From: Octopus vulgaris
Taxonomy: Eukaryota
Length of the DNA stretch: 64,000 bases
Assembly: GCA_951406725.2 (NCBI GenBank)
Contig: OX597814.1
Coordinates: 144,212,001 to 144,276,000, forward strand
Reading direction: 5' to 3'
The translations under genes were made by a program, and so were the position numbers. Below are positions 56,623-64,000 of this stretch, piece after piece; within the stretch, counting starts at the first letter, position 1, and each line of letters begins with the position of its first letter. The notes beneath the pieces are model-generated. The model worked only from the letters and a program-made list of their open reading frames with translations. It was not told where the DNA came from and ran no database searches.

Positions 56623-56704
56623 ATATATACATAATTGCATATATTTGTATATATGTGTGTATATATATATATGTTTATATATAAATATATATAAATAAAC
56701 GTAC

Positions 56705-56765
<61 letters not shown>

Positions 56766-56861
56766 CCACACACTGCACGTGTCCTCATCAAAAATGTATT
56801 TGACAGGTGTTAGTGCGAGAGTAAATTTTATAATACGTATGTGTGTTTGTATGTATGTGTG

Positions 56862-56914
<53 letters not shown>

Positions 56915-56938
56915 TTATAAGCATCTTTGTATGTATAT

Positions 56939-56993
<55 letters not shown>

Positions 56994-57043
56994 TGTGTGT
57001 GCATGTATACATATATATTATTAATTTATTCTTTTGTTTCAGC

Positions 57044-57101
<58 letters not shown>

Positions 57102-57657
57102 TAAAATATGATATATGGTATATATATATAGATAAACAGAGAGATAGATCAATCGATAGATACATAGCTATACACGCACACATAGACACACAAACACACA
57201 CATAAACACTCGCAAATATATACATACATACATACATACATACATACATACATACATACATACAAATGTACGCATATTTAATTTTTCGTGCCGTCCTATA
57301 CGCATGAAGCATAAAACACAGATATCAATGCACAACTCCCAATCACTTATAGGCTTAATAGAATGTAATATTGGTGAAGTATTTAATAGAAAATTTTAGA
57401 ATATTATAACGCTTATTGCAATTTAAATGGTATAGTTTTATTATTTGATGTTTTCTAAATAATAACAATTCTTCTTAGAATAATCAGAAGGCCGGAAATT
57501 GTAGGAGTCATCAGAAAAATATAATGGCATTGTCCTGAAGAAATTATTCAGTGAAACACATTAGCCAGGTTCATAGTAGAGTTGTTTTATATGTGCGTCA
57601 ACGTGTAAGGGTGTGTGTATGTGATATTCATACACACACATACACACACACACACAT

Positions 57658-57702
<45 letters not shown>

Positions 57703-58096
57703 AACATATCCACACACATACATGCATACATACATACATACATACATACATACATACATGCATACATATATATATATATATATATATATTTGTAGTTTCA
57801 GCTCAGGTCTTCTGCCATGCTGGAGCACAGCCATTTTGCTACACTGTTGTTATTGAGAACCTCCTCTAATTAGTGGATATGTATATTATATATATATGCA
57901 TATATATGCGTGTGTTTTATTGTATGTGTATGTATACGTTTATTTTCATACATTTGTGTAGATATATGTATATATATATATATATATATTTATATGTATG
58001 TATGTATGTTTGTATGTATGTATGCATGCATGTATGTATGTATGTATGTATGTATGTATGTATGAATGTATGTATGAATGTATGTATGTATGTATG

Positions 58097-58133
<37 letters not shown>

Positions 58134-58619
58134 GCATGTATGTATGTATGTATGTATGTAGGTATGTATGCATGTATGTATGTATGTATGAATGTATACA
58201 TGTATGTTTATATTCAAGTATGAATATGCACATGCTTATTAAGGGAGCGATTCATTTGAAACATTTTAAGATGATATTTGTTTTTAAACACATATTTCGC
58301 TAAGCAACTTTCGTAGTTCTTTCGTGACTAGTCCATGTTTTAATTGGTGTTAATATACCTACATGTATCTCGAACACTTACATAATACGAGAAAAATAAG
58401 CATGTCTGTGTGTGTGCGTGCATGTGTGTGGGTGCGAGCGTGTGTACGTATGTGAGTGTGTGTGTGTGTGCGAGTTTGTGTGTGTATGTATGTATACATA
58501 TATCTTTTCAGTTATTCATTTATTTATTCGCAAACAGAAAACAGATTAGACTTGGCAAAGAAAAATTCCTAACATGAGGGGACTAAACAAGTAACCTTAG
58601 ACGTCAAGAACCCTTACCA

Positions 58620-59847
<1,228 letters not shown>

Positions 59848-60199
59848 GTCAAGACGAAGAGCGCGATTTGATTGTAATAGATATTTTATTGGTTGAACGA
59901 TATTTCGACAGTAAGCCTGTCAAAATAAGAGGTATAAAAATTCAAAATTATAGATATCTAAATTTAAAGTATGAACGAGAGCAACCAGCGTCCACACGTT
60001 GATGGAATCACATCATCTGTCATCAAGTTTCTATTTTATAACAGGCGAATAGAAAAAGACAGAAAAAAAAAAGAAGAAAGAAAAAAGAAAAGGAAAAAGA
60101 ATATTTAATCAAACAGTTTTGTATAAATTTGATGATATTTTGAACTTGGGAAAGACAATAAAATATCCATTACAATCGAATCGCGCTCTTCGTCTTGAC
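59848..60199. mobile_element. MITE with ~44-bp TIRs flanked by TA
   Basis: GTCAAGACGAAGAGCGCGATTTGATTGTAATAGATATTTTATTG versus CAATAAAATATCCATTACAATCGAATCGCGCTCTTCGTCTTGAC. Confidence 0.88.
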
Positions 60200-60238
60200 T
60201 ATTTAACTTTGTGAAGAGTTACGTCAATCCTTTTAAAA

Positions 60239-60320
<82 letters not shown>

Positions 60321-60323
<3 letters not shown>

Positions 60324-61467
60324 TAGTTTTATTTTTATAGCGTGCTTTCACTTCACTACCGAGCGCAGCTCTGTGTGCCTTGGGTATGTGCTGTCATTTG
60401 TTGTGATGCTCTGATGGTTATTGTATGGAAAGTGTTCTGCGTAGGATGTGTGCAGTGCCTAGTAGTGCAATTTTCTGTATGTTATATGTGTTTGTAAGTC
60501 CTGGTGTTTTTGTTATGTATTTGTCTGAATATTTTTTTATCATGCCTAATGCACCTACTATGATAGGAATTGTTTCTGTTTTCAGATTCCACATTCTAGT
60601 TATCTCTATTTCCAGGTCTTTGTATTTTGAGAGTTTCTCCATTTCTTTTAGAGACACGTTGTCATCTGCCGGTATTGATACATCAATTAGAAAGCATTTT
60701 TTTCTTCATGATCTCTGACAACTATATCTGGTCTGTTGGCCTTAATTTCTCTATCTGTGTGTATCGGCATATCCCAGAGTATGGTTGCTTTCTCGTTTTC
60801 TGTGACCTTTTCTGATGTGTACCTATACCATCTTTTTTCTGTTGTTATTCCATAATGTTGGCATAGCTTCCAATGTATGTAGGTTCCAACTCTGTCATGT
60901 CTGTGAATATATTCCTTCTTAGCCAGGACTGGGCAGCTAGAGATAATATGATTTATTGTTTCTTGTCCATCTCCGCATATTCTGCATTTACTTGTAATAT
61001 TTCTTTTCATTACATGTTTTTGGTAATTTCTGGTGGGGAGGCTTTGGTCTTGTGCTGCAATTAAAAATCCCTCTGTTTCTGCTTTGAGTCCTGAGCTTCT
61101 CAACCATTGCTGGGATTTTTCTTTGTCTATTTCTTTTGCGTTTAGTTTAGTCCAGTATTTACCATGAAGGGGCTTTTCTTGCCATCGTTTTATCATGGTT
61201 CGTTGCTGTTCTATTTTTAGTTTGGATTTCATTTGTTTTATAGCTTTTGTTGTTTCTTCATCTTCTTCTTCTTCTTCATGTTTATTAGGTGGTATGATTT
61301 CTTGTTTGTATTTGTCAGCTTCCTTAAATACTGAGAACAGTTTTTTGTTTTGCTCGTGTTTTGCCGCTATCTGGATCAGTTTTCCTTCCTTCTGAAGTAG
61401 ATATTTTTGCAGTCCTATGGTGGTTATTTTATAGTAGTTTTCCAGCTGTATAAGGCCTCTACCACCT
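60321..61467 (-). mobile_element. Young R4/Dong-type LINE 3' fragment (CCHC knuckle and restriction-like endonuclease) inserted in (TAA)n
   Basis: CRICGDGQETINHIISSC, YIHRHDRV, ANRPDIV and EKLSKYKDLEIE; one frameshift near 60700; (TTA)n at 60241-60320 and 61468-61543. Confidence 0.93.
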
Positions 61468-61484
61468 TATTATTATTATTATTA

Positions 61485-61543
<59 letters not shown>

Positions 61544-61545
61544 TT

Positions 61546-61947
61546 AAGGCAGCGAGCTGGCAGAAACGTTAGCACGCCGGGCGAAATGCGTAGCCGTATT
61601 TCGTCTGCGTTACGTTCTGAGTTGAAATTCCGCCGAGGTCGACTTTGCTTTTCATCCTTTCGGGGTCGATAAATTAAGTACCAGTTACGCACTGGGGTTG
61701 ATGTAATCGACTTAATACTTATGTCTGTTCTTGTTTGTCCCCTCTGTGTTTAGCCCCTTGTGGGTAATAAAGAAATAGGTATTACTTTTGTCTTTATGTT
61801 CTGAGCTCATATTCCGCCGAGGTCGACTTTGCCTTTCATCCTTTCGGCGGGGTCGATAAATTAAGTACCAGTTGCGTACTAGGGTCGATCTAATCGACTG
61901 GTCCCCTTCCCCAAAATTTCGGGCCTAGTGTCTAGAGTAGAAAAGAT
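61546..61947 (+). mobile_element. SINE family B partial dimer (type-1 tail, then type-2 tail) within (TTA)n
   Basis: Junction AAAGAAATAG|GTATT at ~61769-61783. Confidence 0.88.
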
Positions 61948-61950
61948 TAA

Positions 61951-61988
<38 letters not shown>

Positions 61989-62002
61989 TTATCATTATTA
62001 TA

Positions 62003-62155
<153 letters not shown>

Positions 62156-62157
62156 TT

Positions 62158-62374
62158 AAGGCGGCAAACTGACAGAAACGTTAGCACGCCGGACGAAATG
62201 CTTAGCGACATTTCGTCTGTCTTTACGTTCTGAGCTCAAATTCCACCGAGGTCGACCTTACCTTTCATCCTCTCGGGGGTCGATAAATTAAGTACCAGTT
62301 GTGTACTGGAGTCGTTCTAATCTACTGGTCCCCTACCCCAAAATCTAGGGCCTTGTGCCTAGAATAGAAAAGAA
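62158..62374 (+). mobile_element. SINE family B, type-2 tail
   Basis: Family B homology; follows a long (TTA)n tract. Confidence 0.85.
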
Positions 62375-63380
62375 TATATGCATATGCACACACGTATATA
62401 CATGATATCTGAATATGGCGAGACAAGTGCACTATACACACAAAAAAAAAGTTCTTCAGTTTTACAACTTTACTGTTAATTGAATTATTTATATGAGAAG
62501 AATATGAGAATTACATCATGTATTTTGCAGGTGACGAATGCCACAAACACTGCATAGGTAGAAAACGTGAGCCTGAACAATTGTTGCAAATAATTCACAA
62601 TATGGTGTACTTTGAAAGCTACGTATTATACTCGTATAACTATGCATGCTTGTATATGTAATGGATATTAACGCTGTCCTAAACATGTTGTTGGTCTTGT
62701 TGATATACATACGTGTATCCATCTGTACATATACATATATATACATATGTATATATAGATGTGTGTGTGTGTATGTGTGTGTGTGTGTGTGTATGTGTGT
62801 ATGTATTTCACTTAAGTATTGCAATACTAAAAACCTAGTATAGAACTCAATATACGTTGGCTTCTTAGCGAAACGTTAGTCGAGTATAGAGCGATAAAAA
62901 GAAAAGATGATAACAAACAGAATAAAGGATTACTAACTAATGAAGTTCATAACATATTCGTATATTCCTTCGCCATCTGCTTATTTTATATGTATGTATA
63001 AATGCGTGTGTGTGTGAGAGAGAGAGAGAGAGTGGGCGCATATGTGTGTGTGAGTGTGTGTTTGAGTGTGAGTGTGTGTGTGCGTATCTGTGTATATATA
63101 TATATATATATTTGAATATGTATATATACATATAAACATATGTATGTACGTATGTATGTATGTATGTATGTATGTATGTATGTGTGTATGTATGTATGTA
63201 TGTATGTATGTATGTATGTATACGTTTTTGCATATCTATCTACACCTATCCCAAATGACAAATTTATTATAAATATTAACCTTAGTGATTAGTTTAAACA
63301 CAAGTCTTATATATACATATATATAGTCATGTATGTATATTCTTTTATAGTAATTTTTATATTACATACGTTCATATATA

Positions 63381-63413
<33 letters not shown>

Positions 63414-63433
63414 ACATATATGTATATATATAC

Positions 63434-63486
<53 letters not shown>

Positions 63487-63518
63487 TATACATATATATA
63501 TATATATATACATATAGG

Positions 63519-63611
<93 letters not shown>

Positions 63612-63852
63612 GGGCGTATGTATCATACCTGTACGTACATCTACCTGAATATACATGTAGTTATACATATTTATCATATAAATACACATGTGCATGTATG
63701 AATGTATATATATATTCTTTTCTCTTATGAGGTTTTTCACGCTAACTACCTGATAATTTCTTGTTAAGATTCCTTATTAAGAGGTTATCCTTAATTGTTA
63801 AATTTATATATATATATATAGATAAGAAAGTTTGTTTGGTAAAGCACGTGGG

Positions 63853-63906
<54 letters not shown>

Positions 63907-63953
63907 ATATATATACACACACATATACATATATAGAGATATAGATATACTGC

Positions 63954-63984
<31 letters not shown>

Positions 63985-64000
63985 TATACTGTATCTATAT

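Noticed and set aside
57532-57566. CTGAAGA-11 nt-GAAAC candidate
   Set aside because: Stem II is poor and there is no NUH triplet in register
62845-62885. ACTC...GAAACGTTAGTC-GAGT candidate
   Set aside because: Spacing and stem I fit, but the CUGANGA box is unrecognisable (AATATAC)

Overview
AT-rich, microsatellite-saturated animal DNA with no supportable protein-coding host gene. The SINE repertoire and the (TA)n/(CA)n/(GATA)n/(TAA)n load suggest an octopus (coleoid cephalopod) intron or intergenic region; this is inference. Almost all non-microsatellite sequence is transposon debris: at least five tRNA-headed SINE families, R4/Dong-type (RLE) LINE 3' ends embedded in (TAA)n, RTE and Tx1-like LINE fragments, a Penelope-like GIY-YIG fragment, Tigger/pogo, mariner, maT (DD37D) and Tc1 relics, piggyBac- and hAT-type MITEs, and a non-autonomous Helitron. 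The main hidden signal, invisible in the ORF track, is about ten type I hammerhead-ribozyme (HHR) motifs from several unrelated short repeat families. Most have the palindromic stem III typical of dimeric minimal HHRs of Penelope-like elements. They include one in a tRNA-headed SINE, one between ~347-bp-spaced direct repeats (retrozyme-like) and one downstream of the GIY-YIG fragment. All folds were paired by eye; no search or folding program was run, and boundaries are approximate unless TSD/TIR coordinates are given.
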